Counted from the stretch's first letter, positions 45,985 through 56,045 are shown. The stretch is DNA of 64,000 bases from Eubacteriales bacterium (GCA_045540115.1 JAZQGR010000096.1:41887-105886); one strand, 5' to 3'. Notes: a model not told the origin generated them from the letters alone. Made by a program: numbers and translations.

Positions 45985-46580
45985 ATCTCTTTCCGCCCGT
46001 CCATCGCGTGAAGAAGCGTCATCTCGTCTGCATAATCAAGATCGCCGCCAACCGGGATTCCAGACGCGAGGCGTGTAGTTGATATGCCGAGGGGCTTAAG
46101 AAGCTTTGATAGATATATTGCGGTAGTTTCACCGTCAAGAGTTGGATTTGTGGCAAGAATAACCTCGGTTACTCCTCCGTTATTGACTCGGTCAAGCAGG
46201 GAAGCGACGTTAATGTCGTCAGGACCTCTGCCGTCAATTGGAGATATCGTTCCGCCGAGGACGTGGAACATTCCCTTGTAGGAGCGAACCTTTTCGATTG
46301 CCATAAGAGCTTTAACGTCCTCGACAACGCAAATAATGCTACAGTCCCTTTCGGGAGAGGAGCAAACGGAACATAGCTCGCTTGTAGAGAGATTATGACA
46401 AACGGAACATTCCTTTATTGCTCTTTTTGCTTCAAGAAGCGAGTTAGCAAAGCGTTCGAGCTTTTCGCTTTCCATCTCGGCAATTCCGAATGCCATACGT
46501 ATAGCGCTTTTTCTTCCTACGCCGGGGAGAGTGCGAAGCTGTTCGATTATTAATTCTATTGGTTCAATATATTCTGCCAT
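45981..46580 (-). CDS. recR: recombination protein RecR
   Basis: HhH LPGVGRKSA, Cys4 zinc finger CSVCHNL...CSVC, Toprim domain. Confidence 0.95.
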   Translation of the reverse strand: MAEYIEPIELIIEQLRTLPGVGRKSAIRMAFGIAEMESEKLERFANSLLEAKRAIKECSVCHNLSTSELCSVCSSPERDCSIICVVEDVKALMAIEKVRSYKGMFHVLGGTISPIDGRGPDDINVASLLDRVNNGGVTEVILATNPTLDGETTAIYLSKLLKPLGISTTRLASGIPVGGDLDYADEMTLLHAMDGRKEI

Positions 46581-46586
46581 ATATTA

Positions 46587-46934
46587 TCAGAACATGCCCG
46601 GAATCGATACGTTTCCTGTAATCTTCGCCATTTCGGATGAGTTTGTATCTTCCACCTTCTTGATAGCCTCGTTAACGGCTGCAACAATAACGTCGGAGAG
46701 AGTCTCAATATCGTCGGGATCAACGATCTCGGGCTTAATATCAATTGAAAGGATCTCTTTCTTGCCGTTGATCTTAACGGCAACGACGCCGCCGCCTGCC
46801 TTGATCTCATATTCGCGTTCATCGAGGTCTGCCTGAAGTGCAGTCATATCGTCCTGCATCTTTTGAACCTGACGCATCATGCTTTGCATATTCTGTGGGC
46901 CGCCGCCCATACCCTGAGGAAGTCTTGCTTTCAT
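46587..46934 (-). CDS. ybaB: YbaB/EbfC family nucleoid-associated protein
   Basis: 115 aa, MQSMMRQVQKMQDDM...GGGVVAVKINGKKE pattern. Conserved dnaX-ybaB-recR order. Confidence 0.9.
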   Translation of the reverse strand: MKARLPQGMGGGPQNMQSMMRQVQKMQDDMTALQADLDEREYEIKAGGGVVAVKINGKKEILSIDIKPEIVDPDDIETLSDVIVAAVNEAIKKVEDTNSSEMAKITGNVSIPGMF

Positions 46935-46961
46935 AATTATATCCTTTTCTTATTGTTATTG

Positions 46962-48497
46962 TCAGAACGAATCAAGAGGATCTTCATCGTCCTTAATGCT
47001 TTGGTCTACTGTGATCTCAATTGAGCTCGGAGTAATTCCGCCCAGATCACCTACAAGATTTATTCCCGTCGCAATGAGCCTCTTTACGTCCTCACGTCCG
47101 AGAATTGTCGGGGAAAACGAGTTTGCTGTCTTTATGATGACCTTGACGCCGTCCGTGAATCCTTTAGACTGTTTGAGCATCTCTGCTGCGAAATTGTCGC
47201 TTCGTTCAACCGTCTCGATAATTTCTGCCCAAGAGGTTATCGGGGAAAGGGTAGTCGCTGAAACGGATTTTGGCGTCTCATTTATTATTTCGATGGGCTT
47301 GACATCATCGATTTTTCGTTCGATCGAAGGAGCTGAGAATGATCCGCAAGCGAGCTTTTCTTCAAGACTTGCAATTCTCGACAATAGAGCTTCCGGAGTT
47401 ACGGAAATTCGTTCGTCGGTAAGAGAAACAAGTGCCATTTCGGCAGTTACGCGTTTAACGGTAATGCTTCTCTGCATTGAGTTGTAAGCTTCCGCCAAGC
47501 TCTTAATATGATGAAGAAGCTTTTCCTTTGTGAAATGCTCACAGATATCGCTTGTAGCTTTGTACTCGTCGTCCGTCAGATCAAGATACGATTTAGCTTC
47601 ATTGATTGTTTTGACAACAAGCATATCGCGATAGAACTCGATAAGCTCACCGAAGAAAATTGTAAGATCAGCAGAGGCCGAGGTGATATCGCCGATTATC
47701 TCGAATATCTTCTGAATATCCTTCTTAATAATTGCGCGAACCGTATCGGCAGAAACGCCGCGTCCCATAATTCCTGCCGTTTCATTTACGAGAGCTATAT
47801 TTATCGACTTTCCTTTGCCCGCGCATAGCTCAAGCAGGCTTATAGCGTCGCGCATACCACCTTGTGATATTCTACCGATAAGCTTAGCCGCCTCGTGAGT
47901 AACGGAAATGTTTTCTTTTGATGCGATAAATTCAAGGCGAGAGGCTATATCGTCGGTCGAGATGCGCTTGAAGTCGAATCTCTGACAGCGCGAGGTTATC
48001 GTAGCGGGAAGCTTCTGAAGCTCAGTAGTTGCAAGTATGAAAACAACGTGCTGAGGAGGCTCCTCAAGCGTTTTAAGAAGTGCATTAAATGCTCCCGATG
48101 AGAGCATGTGAACCTCGTCAATAATGTATACACGTTTTTTGAGCGCCGCAGGGGTGTAAATAACCTCTTCGCGAATGTCTCTGATATAATCAACGCCGTT
48201 GTTGGACGCCGCGTCCATTTCAATAATATCGGTATCTGCTCCGCTTTCGATAAGCGCACAAGCCTCGCATTTTCCGCAAGGATTACCATCGAGCGGAGAA
48301 AGACAGTTAACTGCCTTTGCGAGGATTTTCGCGCAGGTAGTCTTACCCGTGCCGCGGCTACCGCAGAAAAGGTAGGCGTGAGAGGATCTGCCGTTTGCAA
48401 TTTGATACTTAAGAACACTTGTTATATGATCCTGACCGACTACTGACGCAAAATCGATAGGACGCCATTTTCTGTATAAAGTCGTATGATCAGACAT
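46962..48497 (-). CDS. dnaX: DNA polymerase III subunit gamma/tau
   Basis: ATG 48497 follows GGAGGTG. YRKWRP, AAA+ Walker A GSRGTGKTT, zinc module CLSPLDGNPCGKCEAC, SRC motif TSRCQRF. Confidence 0.95.
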   Translation of the reverse strand: MSDHTTLYRKWRPIDFASVVGQDHITSVLKYQIANGRSSHAYLFCGSRGTGKTTCAKILAKAVNCLSPLDGNPCGKCEACALIESGADTDIIEMDAASNNGVDYIRDIREEVIYTPAALKKRVYIIDEVHMLSSGAFNALLKTLEEPPQHVVFILATTELQKLPATITSRCQRFDFKRISTDDIASRLEFIASKENISVTHEAAKLIGRISQGGMRDAISLLELCAGKGKSINIALVNETAGIMGRGVSADTVRAIIKKDIQKIFEIIGDITSASADLTIFFGELIEFYRDMLVVKTINEAKSYLDLTDDEYKATSDICEHFTKEKLLHHIKSLAEAYNSMQRSITVKRVTAEMALVSLTDERISVTPEALLSRIASLEEKLACGSFSAPSIERKIDDVKPIEIINETPKSVSATTLSPITSWAEIIETVERSDNFAAEMLKQSKGFTDGVKVIIKTANSFSPTILGREDVKRLIATGINLVGDLGGITPSSIEITVDQSIKDDEDPLDSF

Positions 48498-48520
48498 CAG
48501 ATCCACCTCCTTAATACCAT

Positions 48521-48709
48521 AAAAGGCAGGGAATATTGGGGAGACGAATGACATTATTCAAAGCAGGCAACCTCCCACGCCCTGACTGCAGCTGCTTAAT
48601 GCTGCTCGGTTCCCCGCCTGACATGGTTCGCAGTCGTCAGTCGTGAAAGACCTGCTCTGAATAACGGCATCCGTCAAAATTATCCCAATGAATGCCTGCC
48701 CTAAAAGAT
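48521..48709 (-). ncRNA. ffs: signal recognition particle RNA (about 190-nt extended hairpin form)
   Basis: On the minus strand the domain-IV core GUCAGGCGG-GGAA-CCGAGCAGC has its GGAA tetraloop (fwd 48610-48613) at the centre of a long imperfect helix. The 5' GGCAGG...AUUGGG...GACGGAUG...UUAUUCAGAGCAGG pairs with the 3' CCUGCUUUGAAUAA...CAUUCGUC...CCCAAU...CCUGCC, then UUUU. Lies upstream of dnaX as in B. subtilis scr. Confidence 0.8.
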
Positions 48710-48715
48710 AATATT

Positions 48716-48744
48716 ATTATAACAGATTTATCGCTGTATTTCAA
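48716..48744 (-). promoter_or_regulatory. sigma-A-type promoter of the SRP RNA
   Basis: On the minus strand: TTGAAA (48744-48739), 17-nt spacer, TATAAT (48721-48716). Confidence 0.65.
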
Positions 48745-48785
48745 TAGTTTTATTGAATTTTATTGATATTTTTGACGATATATGA

Positions 48786-49208
48786 TTAAACCTTGACGTC
48801 AAATGAGTTACTGCACCTTGGACATACGGCTCTGTGCTTGCCCTTAATTTTCTTCAGACGTAAAACCGCTCTGCAGCGCGGACATTTTTTGTAAACGTGC
48901 GTCTTTCGGTCTCTGAATTTTGATTTCTGAAGAGAGAAGTGCGTTTTGATCTTGTTTGCAAATTGAATATATCGGTAATTTTCCGCCTGCCGCCTTACAA
49001 GATTACGCGAAAACGCGCGGAAGAAAATATAGAATATCAGCATCATTATGAAAAGAGACATAATGAGCGAAACGGTCTGCGGAACGAACAGCGAAATGAT
49101 CCATTGTGCAACCACAAGAACGATATAAATAATAAATAAGAAGCGGCCAAATTTGTCAAAACCGTTTCGTCCGTACATAAATCTTATCAGCTTATCTCTA
49201 AAACGCAT
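48786..49208 (-). CDS. membrane protein with a C-terminal zinc ribbon, unknown function
   Basis: 140 aa with two hydrophobic helices, then CPRCRAVL...CPRCSNSF. Confidence 0.5.
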   Translation of the reverse strand: MRFRDKLIRFMYGRNGFDKFGRFLFIIYIVLVVAQWIISLFVPQTVSLIMSLFIMMLIFYIFFRAFSRNLVRRQAENYRYIQFANKIKTHFSLQKSKFRDRKTHVYKKCPRCRAVLRLKKIKGKHRAVCPRCSNSFDVKV

Positions 49209-49348
49209 ATAATTATCACCACCGCTTATATGATATCCTTATTTTGTGAACTCGTATTTATGTTTTTTTAACCTTTTGGTTAATATGACATATTAACTTG
49301 CTTTTTATTAAAATGTGTGATATTATTAAAACATAGATAGGTGAGGTT

Positions 49349-50029
49349 ATGGAATTAAAAGTAATTGCAAAAATTAAAAACGATTTCCCAACGAAGTTTG
49401 GACTACCGCGTCAAAGCGGTCTATCTGATTTCAAATCTGAAATAATATTTGAAAAGGAATATTCAGTTGACGAGGCATTTCGCGGAATTGATGAGTTTTC
49501 TCATTTGATCGTGATATGGGGATTCTCTCAGTCAGAGCGCGATAATTGGTCTCCTACAGTCCGTCCGCCGCGCCTCGGCGGAAACAAGAGAGTTGGAGTA
49601 TTTGCAACACGGTCGCCTTATCGACCTAATTCTATCGGTTTGACAGTTGTACGTCTCGTTTCTGTCGATAGGTGCAACGGCAGAATCGTATTGACTGTAA
49701 CCGGCGCGGATATGATGAGTGGAACGCCCGTTTATGATATTAAACCGTATTTGTCTTTTGCTGATTCAATCCCCAATGCTGTTTCCGGTTTTGCGGATGG
49801 AGTGAAGGATTATTCTCTTAAGGTTGTATTTGAATCGGAATATTCAAATATTCTGAATGACGAAAAGCTTGCTACCCTTAAAGAAATTCTTTCTCAGGAT
49901 CCTCGTCCTTCGTATCAAGAGGATCCAAGCAGGGTTTACGGCTTTGAATATGCCGACTGTGAAGTTAAATTTACAGTTCGCGAATGCACCCTTTGCGTTA
50001 AAAGCATAGCAAAAAAATCCGAAGCTTAA
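49349..50029 (+). CDS. trmO: tRNA (N6-threonylcarbamoyladenosine(37)-N6)-methyltransferase TrmO (TsaA/YaeB family)
   Basis: FPTKFGLPRQSGL, RVGVFATRSPYRPNSIGLTVVRL and GTPVYDIKPY blocks. Confidence 0.85.
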   Translation: MELKVIAKIKNDFPTKFGLPRQSGLSDFKSEIIFEKEYSVDEAFRGIDEFSHLIVIWGFSQSERDNWSPTVRPPRLGGNKRVGVFATRSPYRPNSIGLTVVRLVSVDRCNGRIVLTVTGADMMSGTPVYDIKPYLSFADSIPNAVSGFADGVKDYSLKVVFESEYSNILNDEKLATLKEILSQDPRPSYQEDPSRVYGFEYADCEVKFTVRECTLCVKSIAKKSEA

Positions 50030-50044
50030 GCTTCGGATTTTTTC
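50011..50044. terminator. bidirectional terminator (trmO / rplS convergent)
   Basis: AAAAAAATCCGAAGC / GCTTCGGATTTTTT hairpin. The trmO stop codon sits in the loop. Confidence 0.85.
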
Positions 50045-50062
50045 GATGTTAAGTTTCCGTAA

Positions 50063-50404
50063 TCAGATGCGTTCCTTAACGCGGGATGCCTTACCAACTC
50101 TATCGCGGAGATAGTAGAGCTTAGCACGTCTTACCTTACCAACTCTGGTTACAACAACCTTCTCAACGTTAGGAGAGTGGAGAGGGAAGGTCTTCTCTAC
50201 GCCAACACCGTATGCAACGCGGCGAACGGTGAAGGTCTCGGAGATACCGCCGCCATTCTTAGCGATAACGGTTCCTTCGAAGATCTGGGTACGGGTGCGC
50301 TCACCCTCGACAATACGGCAGTAAACCTTTACGTCGTTACCGATGTCGAACTTGGGGGCGTCTGTCTTGAGCTGCTCATTTGTAAAAGCCTTAATAAGAT
50401 CCAT
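50063..50404 (-). CDS. rplS: 50S ribosomal protein L19
   Basis: 113 aa with [31 protein letters not shown]...[19 protein letters not shown]. Confidence 0.96.
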   Translation of the reverse strand: MDLIKAFTNEQLKTDAPKFDIGNDVKVYCRIVEGERTRTQIFEGTVIAKNGGGISETFTVRRVAYGVGVEKTFPLHSPNVEKVVVTRVGKVRRAKLYYLRDRVGKASRVKERI

Positions 50405-50475
50405 TTTTGGCTCCTCCTTATATTCAGGGCGTTCGTGCAGAGCTTCGCAGAGGACCGTCCATAGTTAACAGGAGT

Positions 50476-50504
50476 ATTATACCATACAATTTGTAATATT
50501 GCAA
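50476..50504 (-). promoter_or_regulatory. sigma-A-type promoter (extended -10) dedicated to rplS
   Basis: On the minus strand: TTGCAA (50504-50499), 17-nt spacer ending in TGG, TATAAT (50481-50476). Confidence 0.65.
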
Positions 50505-50538
50505 TAGTAATTAATAAGTTTACAATTTATTAATAAAA

Positions 50539-51219
50539 TCATTTTCCGCCCGAGAAGAACGGAGAAAGTGATGCGGCAACGCTGTGGATCGGCATGGTCT
50601 GAAGCGTAACCTTACCGGGACCTGTTATTACGGTATTAAAGAATCCCTCTCCACCAAATATTTTATTCTTCAGTCCCTTGACGGACGTAATATCCATCTG
50701 GCAGGTTGAATCCATTTTAGCAAGGTATCCGGTGTCAACAATGATCTGCTGCCCGGGCGCAAGGTCATAGTTAACGGCATGACCGTCAATTTCTATAAAA
50801 GCGATTCCGGACCCTGAAAGCTTCTGCATTATGAAGCCTTCTCCGCCAAAGAGCCCAGCACCGAATTTCCTTTGAAAATGTACAGAGAGCTGAATACCTT
50901 CAGTTGCAGCAAGAAAGGCTCTTTTTTGTACTATGATTGGAAGATCTGGTGTAATTTCGATTGCCATAATTGATCCGGGGAAGCTTGATGCGAAAGCTAT
51001 CGTTCCTTCACCGCCTTGTGCGGTATATCTGTTCTGGAACATTGATTCACCCGTGAACATTCTGCCGAAAGCCTTGCCAAGGCCGCCGTTTGACGTCGTC
51101 TGCATCAACATATTAGGGCTCATCCAGCTCATGCTACCGCGCTCTGTTATCATGCTCTCGCCATTTTCAAGCGTGCATATAACGACGGGAAGAGGAGTTC
51201 CTTCAATATTAAATTTCAT
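50539..51219 (-). CDS. TIGR00266/AIM24 family protein
   Basis: ATG 51219 follows GGAGGA. Repeated GGEGF motifs (LFGGEGFIMQKL, IFGGEGFFNTVITG). Confidence 0.8.
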   Translation of the reverse strand: MKFNIEGTPLPVVICTLENGESMITERGSMSWMSPNMLMQTTSNGGLGKAFGRMFTGESMFQNRYTAQGGEGTIAFASSFPGSIMAIEITPDLPIIVQKRAFLAATEGIQLSVHFQRKFGAGLFGGEGFIMQKLSGSGIAFIEIDGHAVNYDLAPGQQIIVDTGYLAKMDSTCQMDITSVKGLKNKIFGGEGFFNTVITGPGKVTLQTMPIHSVAASLSPFFSGGK

Positions 51220-51293
51220 AATGTCCTCCAAAATAAATTGTTATCATTATTTTAACATTTGTCCTCGATTGTGTCAATAGTTTCGAAAACCTA

Positions 51294-51322
51294 TTTACAA
51301 AAGCGGCAAATAATGTTATAAT
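51294..51322 (+). promoter_or_regulatory. sigma-A-type promoter of nrdR
   Basis: TTTACA 51294-51299, 17-nt spacer ending in TGT, TATAAT 51317-51322. Confidence 0.6.
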
Positions 51323-51353
51323 ATATCATATTTATGCGAAAGGATCAAGTATT

Positions 51354-51821
51354 ATGAAGTGTCCTATTTGTGATTTTGCTGACAGTAAGGTAATTGACTC
51401 CCGTCCGACAGATAATGGTGGTATCCGTCGCCGCCGCGAGTGCCTTACATGCAAAAACCGTTTTACGACCTATGAGACTTATGAGGTAACAAATACTGCG
51501 CCTCTCGTTGTTATTAAAAAGGATAATTCTCTTCAGCTTTTTGATAGAAACAAAATTCTTACCGGCTTGCTTCAAGCATGCTACAAACGTCCCGTTACCA
51601 ATGAGCAGATTAAAAAGATAGTTGACGATATTGAGGATGAGCTTAAGAACACGTTGAAAACCGAGTTCAAGACCTCCGATATCGGAAGGCTTGTTATGAT
51701 TAAGCTTAAAGAGCTTGACGAGGTTTCCTACGTTCGTTTTGCTTCCGTTTATCGCGAGTTCAAGGATGTCGAGACCTTTATGGATGAGCTCAATCACCTG
51801 AAAAATGAAAAGACCGAATAA
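51354..51821 (+). CDS. nrdR: transcriptional repressor NrdR
   Basis: Zinc ribbon MKCPICDF...[12 protein letters not shown] followed by an ATP-cone. Confidence 0.95.
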   Translation: MKCPICDFADSKVIDSRPTDNGGIRRRRECLTCKNRFTTYETYEVTNTAPLVVIKKDNSLQLFDRNKILTGLLQACYKRPVTNEQIKKIVDDIEDELKNTLKTEFKTSDIGRLVMIKLKELDEVSYVRFASVYREFKDVETFMDELNHLKNEKTE

Positions 51822-51857
51822 AATAGAGACCTGCATTTGAATGCAGGTCTCTATTTT
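51820..51857. terminator. bidirectional terminator (nrdR / argD convergent)
   Basis: 17-bp stem AAAATAGAGACCTGCAT / ATGCAGGTCTCTATTTT. Confidence 0.85.
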
Positions 51858-53022
51858 ATTCGGCACAAATATCACATATAACGTTAAGAGCCTTAAGAAG
51901 CAACTCGTCAGGAATGTTAAGCGCGGGAAGGAGACGCACCTTGTTCTTGGCTGTTAAGCAAAGAACACCTCTGTCAATACAAGCCTTGACAACGTCAGAA
52001 GCCTTCTTTTCGGTCTCTATTCCAATCATAAGTCCCAGGCCGCTTATTGATATGATTCCGGGCTTGCCCGTGAGCGTATCGTGAACGAGTCTGTTCTTTC
52101 GTTTTACGTCATTCAGCAGGGAATCATCAATTCTCGAAATGATGGAGAATGCTCCGGCAGAGCATACGGGATTTCCGCCGTAGGTTGATCCGTGATCGCC
52201 GAAGCCGAGAACGTTATGAACTCTTTCGCCGAGAATCGCGGCACCAATCGGTAGTCCGCCGCCAAGTCCTTTTGCTGTCGTTACGACGTCAGGCTTGATA
52301 CCGTAGTTCATATATGCATAGAACTCTCCGCTTCTTCCGTTTCCCGTCTGCACTTCGTCGACTATCAGAACAACGTCTTCGCTCTGCGCGATTCGGTATG
52401 CCTCTTCAATAAATTCTTTAGGAGTGTTAAGAACACCGCCTTCGCCCTGTATTATCTCGATCATAATGGCCGCAGCTTTCGTTGACTTGACAAGCGAATG
52501 TAGCTCCTCGTGTTTGTTCGAATCGATGTGGACAAAACCGGGAGTAAGCGGACGGAACAGCTCGTGATAATGCTCCTGACCTGTCGCGGAGAGGGTTGTA
52601 AGAGTTCTTCCGTGGAAGCTGTTTTCGAGTGTGATTATCGTATAATGATCGGCACCTTTTTTTTCTGCCGCATATTTACGTGCAACCTTAATTGCGCACT
52701 CGTTTGCCTCAGCGCCCGAATTGCTGAAGAACACCTTCTTCATGTCGGTTTTTTTGCACAGAAGCTCGGCGAGTTTTGCGCATGGCTCGGTATAATAGAG
52801 GTTTGACATGTGCTGAACCTTTGATATTTGTTCTGTCACAGCCTTTTTCCACTCTTCGTCAGCAATGCCAAATGCAGTTACACCGATGCCTGAGCCCATG
52901 TCGATATACTCTTTGCCGTTCTCGTCATATACGAGAGACCCCTTGCCGTGTGTGATCTCGACAGGGAAGCGGGCATACGTGCCGGCAACGTATTCTTTAT
53001 CAAGTTCTTTGATGTTTGACAT
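51856..53022 (-). CDS. argD: acetylornithine aminotransferase
   Basis: Class-III aminotransferase (DEVQTGNGRSGEFYA, PLP lysine context TTAKGLGGG). ATG 53022 preferred over GTG 53031. Confidence 0.9.
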   Translation of the reverse strand: MSNIKELDKEYVAGTYARFPVEITHGKGSLVYDENGKEYIDMGSGIGVTAFGIADEEWKKAVTEQISKVQHMSNLYYTEPCAKLAELLCKKTDMKKVFFSNSGAEANECAIKVARKYAAEKKGADHYTIITLENSFHGRTLTTLSATGQEHYHELFRPLTPGFVHIDSNKHEELHSLVKSTKAAAIMIEIIQGEGGVLNTPKEFIEEAYRIAQSEDVVLIVDEVQTGNGRSGEFYAYMNYGIKPDVVTTAKGLGGGLPIGAAILGERVHNVLGFGDHGSTYGGNPVCSAGAFSIISRIDDSLLNDVKRKNRLVHDTLTGKPGIISISGLGLMIGIETEKKASDVVKACIDRGVLCLTAKNKVRLLPALNIPDELLLKALNVICDICAE

Positions 53023-53023
53023 A

Positions 53024-53887
53024 TTATTCACCCATTACCATTGTTCCTGCGCCTTCATCAGTAAGAAGCTCCATAAGGATCGCGTGAGGGATTCGGCCGT
53101 CCATAATAGTAACGTTCTTAACCCCCGCATTAATTGCTTCGATGCAGCAGTCAACCTTAGGGATCATTCCGCCAGACACGATACCATCTTCGTAAAGCTT
53201 CTTTGCTTCAGAGAGCTTTACTTTCGGAATAAGAGTGGAAGGATTATCCTTATCGCGGAGTATTCCTGCTACGTCTGTCATCATAATAAGGCGTTCAGCT
53301 CCCATAGCGCCAGCTATATAAGCCGCGGCTGTATCGCCGTTAATGTTATACACGTTGCCCTGACGGTCGGAAGCGACCGTTGAAATTACAGGAATGTAAT
53401 TCTTCTCAAGAAGGTCAGTTATCGGCTGAGAACGAACCTTGATTATCTCACCGACAAATCCAAGTCGCTCATCCTTTGTCTTCGCCTCGATTATTCCGCC
53501 GTCCATTCCCGAAAGACCTACGGCGTGTCCGCCCTTCATCTGAAGAAGGGTTACAAGTGATTTATTGACTTTACCCGCAAGAACCATCTGTACGATATCG
53601 ACGGTTTCTTTGTCGGTAACTCGCAAGCCGTCAATGAACTGCGGCTGTTTACCGAGCTTTTTCATCATATCAGAGATCTCGGGACCGCCGCCATGAACGA
53701 GAACGACTTTGACACCAATAAGCCAAAGAAGAGCAATATCCTCCATGACCTGCTGCTTAAGTGTTTCGTCGACCATCGCGTTGCCGCCGTACTTAACAAC
53801 AACGACCTTGCCAACGTATTGCTTAATATAAGGGAGCGCCTGAGTTAATATTTCCGCACGCTGTGCGTTAGAAACAGTAGTGTTCAT
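53024..53887 (-). CDS. argB: acetylglutamate kinase
   Basis: VVVKYGGNAM and VLVHGGGP motifs. Confidence 0.95.
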   Translation of the reverse strand: MNTTVSNAQRAEILTQALPYIKQYVGKVVVVKYGGNAMVDETLKQQVMEDIALLWLIGVKVVLVHGGGPEISDMMKKLGKQPQFIDGLRVTDKETVDIVQMVLAGKVNKSLVTLLQMKGGHAVGLSGMDGGIIEAKTKDERLGFVGEIIKVRSQPITDLLEKNYIPVISTVASDRQGNVYNINGDTAAAYIAGAMGAERLIMMTDVAGILRDKDNPSTLIPKVKLSEAKKLYEDGIVSGGMIPKVDCCIEAINAGVKNVTIMDGRIPHAILMELLTDEGAGTMVMGE

Positions 53888-53896
53888 ATTATTTCC

Positions 53897-55111
53897 TTAA
53901 GTACGGTAGTCACCGTTGATCTTTACGTAGTCGTATGTAAGGTCACAACCCCAAGCAGTCGCCTCCGCGTCTGCCTGATTAAGAGCAACCTCAATTGTTA
54001 TTTCCTTTTCAAGAAGGATCTCTTTTGCTTTCTCTTCGGAGAAAGGAACGCCCGCACCGTTCCTGCAAACATTTATCTCACCCTTGGGGGAAACGAAAGT
54101 AACGTCTACTTTATTTACGTTGACGTCAGCACCACTGTATCCGATTGCACAGAGTACTCGTCCCCAGTTAGCATCCGCTCCGAACATTGCTGCCTTAAGC
54201 AGGGAAGAGCAAATGACGCTCTTTGCAACAGTCTTCGCGGTAGCGAGATCTTTACCGCCCGTTACGTGGCATTCAAGAAGCTTTGTCGCACCCTCTCCAT
54301 CACCTGCGATCATTTTGCAAAGGTAGATGGTTACGGTATTGAGCGCTTTCATAAATTCGGAGAAATCACCGCCCTCGGATATGATCTCTTCATTGCCTGC
54401 AAGACCGTTTGCCATGACTGAAACCATATCATTGGTCGAGGTGTCGCCATCGACGCTGAGCATGTTAAACGTATCCTGAATGTCGCTCTTAAGAGCTAAA
54501 GAAAGCATTTCCGGGGAAATTGCTGCATCTGTCGTAATAAACACGAGCATTGTCGCCATATTGGGATGAATCATTCCCGAGCCCTTAGCGATACCGCCGA
54601 TGTGACAGATCTGCCCGCCAAGCTCAAATTCAACGGCAATCTCTTTGAGAACGGTATCAGTGGTAAGAATCGCTTCCGCCGCATCGGCTCCACCGTCATA
54701 GGAGAGGGCGCTTGTCAGAGGTGCCATTCCGCTTCTGATCGGCTCGAGGTTAAGCGGCTGACCGATAACACCGGTTGAAGCTACGATCACGTCGTTTGCA
54801 TTTACGCCGGTATACTCTGCGACAAGAGCGCTCATTTCTTCTGCGATCTCGATACCGTTGGCGTTACAGGTATTGGCGTTACCGCTATTGCATATGACCG
54901 CCTGTGCCTTGCCGTCACTGATATGATTTTTTGTTACTGTAAGGGGAGCGCCTTTCACAAGATTTGTCGTGTATACTGCTGCCGCGTTACAGATGACGTC
55001 GCTCACAATAAGAGCCAGGTCCTTTTTTGTACGATTCTTGCGGATTCCGCAATGAACACCTGATGCCTTAAAACCCTTTGCAGCGGTAACACCGCCAGAT
55101 ATTATCTTCAT
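53897..55111 (-). CDS. argJ: bifunctional ornithine acetyltransferase / N-acetylglutamate synthase
   Basis: Self-cleavage site context HPNMATMLVFITTDA. 404 aa. Confidence 0.95.
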   Translation of the reverse strand: MKIISGGVTAAKGFKASGVHCGIRKNRTKKDLALIVSDVICNAAAVYTTNLVKGAPLTVTKNHISDGKAQAVICNSGNANTCNANGIEIAEEMSALVAEYTGVNANDVIVASTGVIGQPLNLEPIRSGMAPLTSALSYDGGADAAEAILTTDTVLKEIAVEFELGGQICHIGGIAKGSGMIHPNMATMLVFITTDAAISPEMLSLALKSDIQDTFNMLSVDGDTSTNDMVSVMANGLAGNEEIISEGGDFSEFMKALNTVTIYLCKMIAGDGEGATKLLECHVTGGKDLATAKTVAKSVICSSLLKAAMFGADANWGRVLCAIGYSGADVNVNKVDVTFVSPKGEINVCRNGAGVPFSEEKAKEILLEKEITIEVALNQADAEATAWGCDLTYDYVKINGDYRT

Positions 55112-55115
55112 TTCA

Positions 55116-56045
55116 TTATCCTTTCAGAGAAAGTCCCGTTGTTTCATCACAACCGAGAACTATGTTCATATTTTGAATTGCTGCGCCCGAAGCGCCTTTT
55201 CCAAGATTATCAAATCTTGACACAAGAAGGATCCTGTCATCGTTTCCGAGAACCGAGATCTCCATTCCATCATCGTGATCGAACTTTGATGCTGACATAA
55301 GCCCGTTTTCGGACGGGTCATCAGAGTAATTCACGATTGGACCGTTGTAGATATACTTGTATATTTCCTTGATATCATTTGCATTTCCCTTGATCTGCTT
55401 TGCGAAAACAGGAACCGTAACTTCCATTCCGCAGTAAAAATCAGATACGATTGGTGAAAAAATCGGAATATTATTAAGATTCGAAATCGTCGACATCTCT
55501 TTAAGATGCTTATGATTTTGCGACAGGGCATACTGACGCGGAGCAGAAAGGAGCGGATCACGCTCTTTGTTCTCGTAATCGGCAATCATTTTCTTGCCAC
55601 CACCGGAATAGCCCGTTATAGAGAAGCAGGTAAGAAGCTCGTCCTTGGATATGATCCCTGCTTGAACGAGCGGCTGAATGAGAGCAACGAATCCGCTTGC
55701 GTGGCAGCCGGGATTGGCAATTCGCTTGCTTGACGCTATGCGCTCTCTGTATCCTTTTAGCTCAGGCATGCCGTAAGACCAATTCGGATTGGTTCTGTGA
55801 GCGGTCGACGTGTCGATTATCACAGGTCCGCCTTCTCCGACGTTAGCAACTGCTTCTCTTGCGGCATCGTCGGGCAGACAAAGAAATACGATATCGGATG
55901 ATAGAGATATCTCTTTTTTTGCGGAAGGATCTTTTCTTAGCTCATCAGGGATAGATAAAAGCTCTATATCGTTTCGTTCGGACAGACGCTCATGAATACG
56001 AAGTCCCGTAGTTCCGGCGCTTCCGTCTATAAATACTTTTGTCAT
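55116..56045 (-). CDS. argC: N-acetyl-gamma-glutamyl-phosphate reductase (short/uncommon form)
   Basis: 309 aa with the active-site Cys context ANPGCHASG. Confidence 0.93.
   Translation of the reverse strand: MTKVFIDGSAGTTGLRIHERLSERNDIELLSIPDELRKDPSAKKEISLSSDIVFLCLPDDAAREAVANVGEGGPVIIDTSTAHRTNPNWSYGMPELKGYRERIASSKRIANPGCHASGFVALIQPLVQAGIISKDELLTCFSITGYSGGGKKMIADYENKERDPLLSAPRQYALSQNHKHLKEMSTISNLNNIPIFSPIVSDFYCGMEVTVPVFAKQIKGNANDIKEIYKYIYNGPIVNYSDDPSENGLMSASKFDHDDGMEISVLGNDDRILLVSRFDNLGKGASGAAIQNMNIVLGCDETTGLSLKG

Noticed and set aside
51345-51875. 176-aa minus-strand ORF precisely covering nrdR.
   Set aside because: It is codon-aligned antisense to nrdR and runs through the bidirectional terminator. 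NrdR has its zinc ribbon and ATP-cone intact, so the sense gene explains the open frame.
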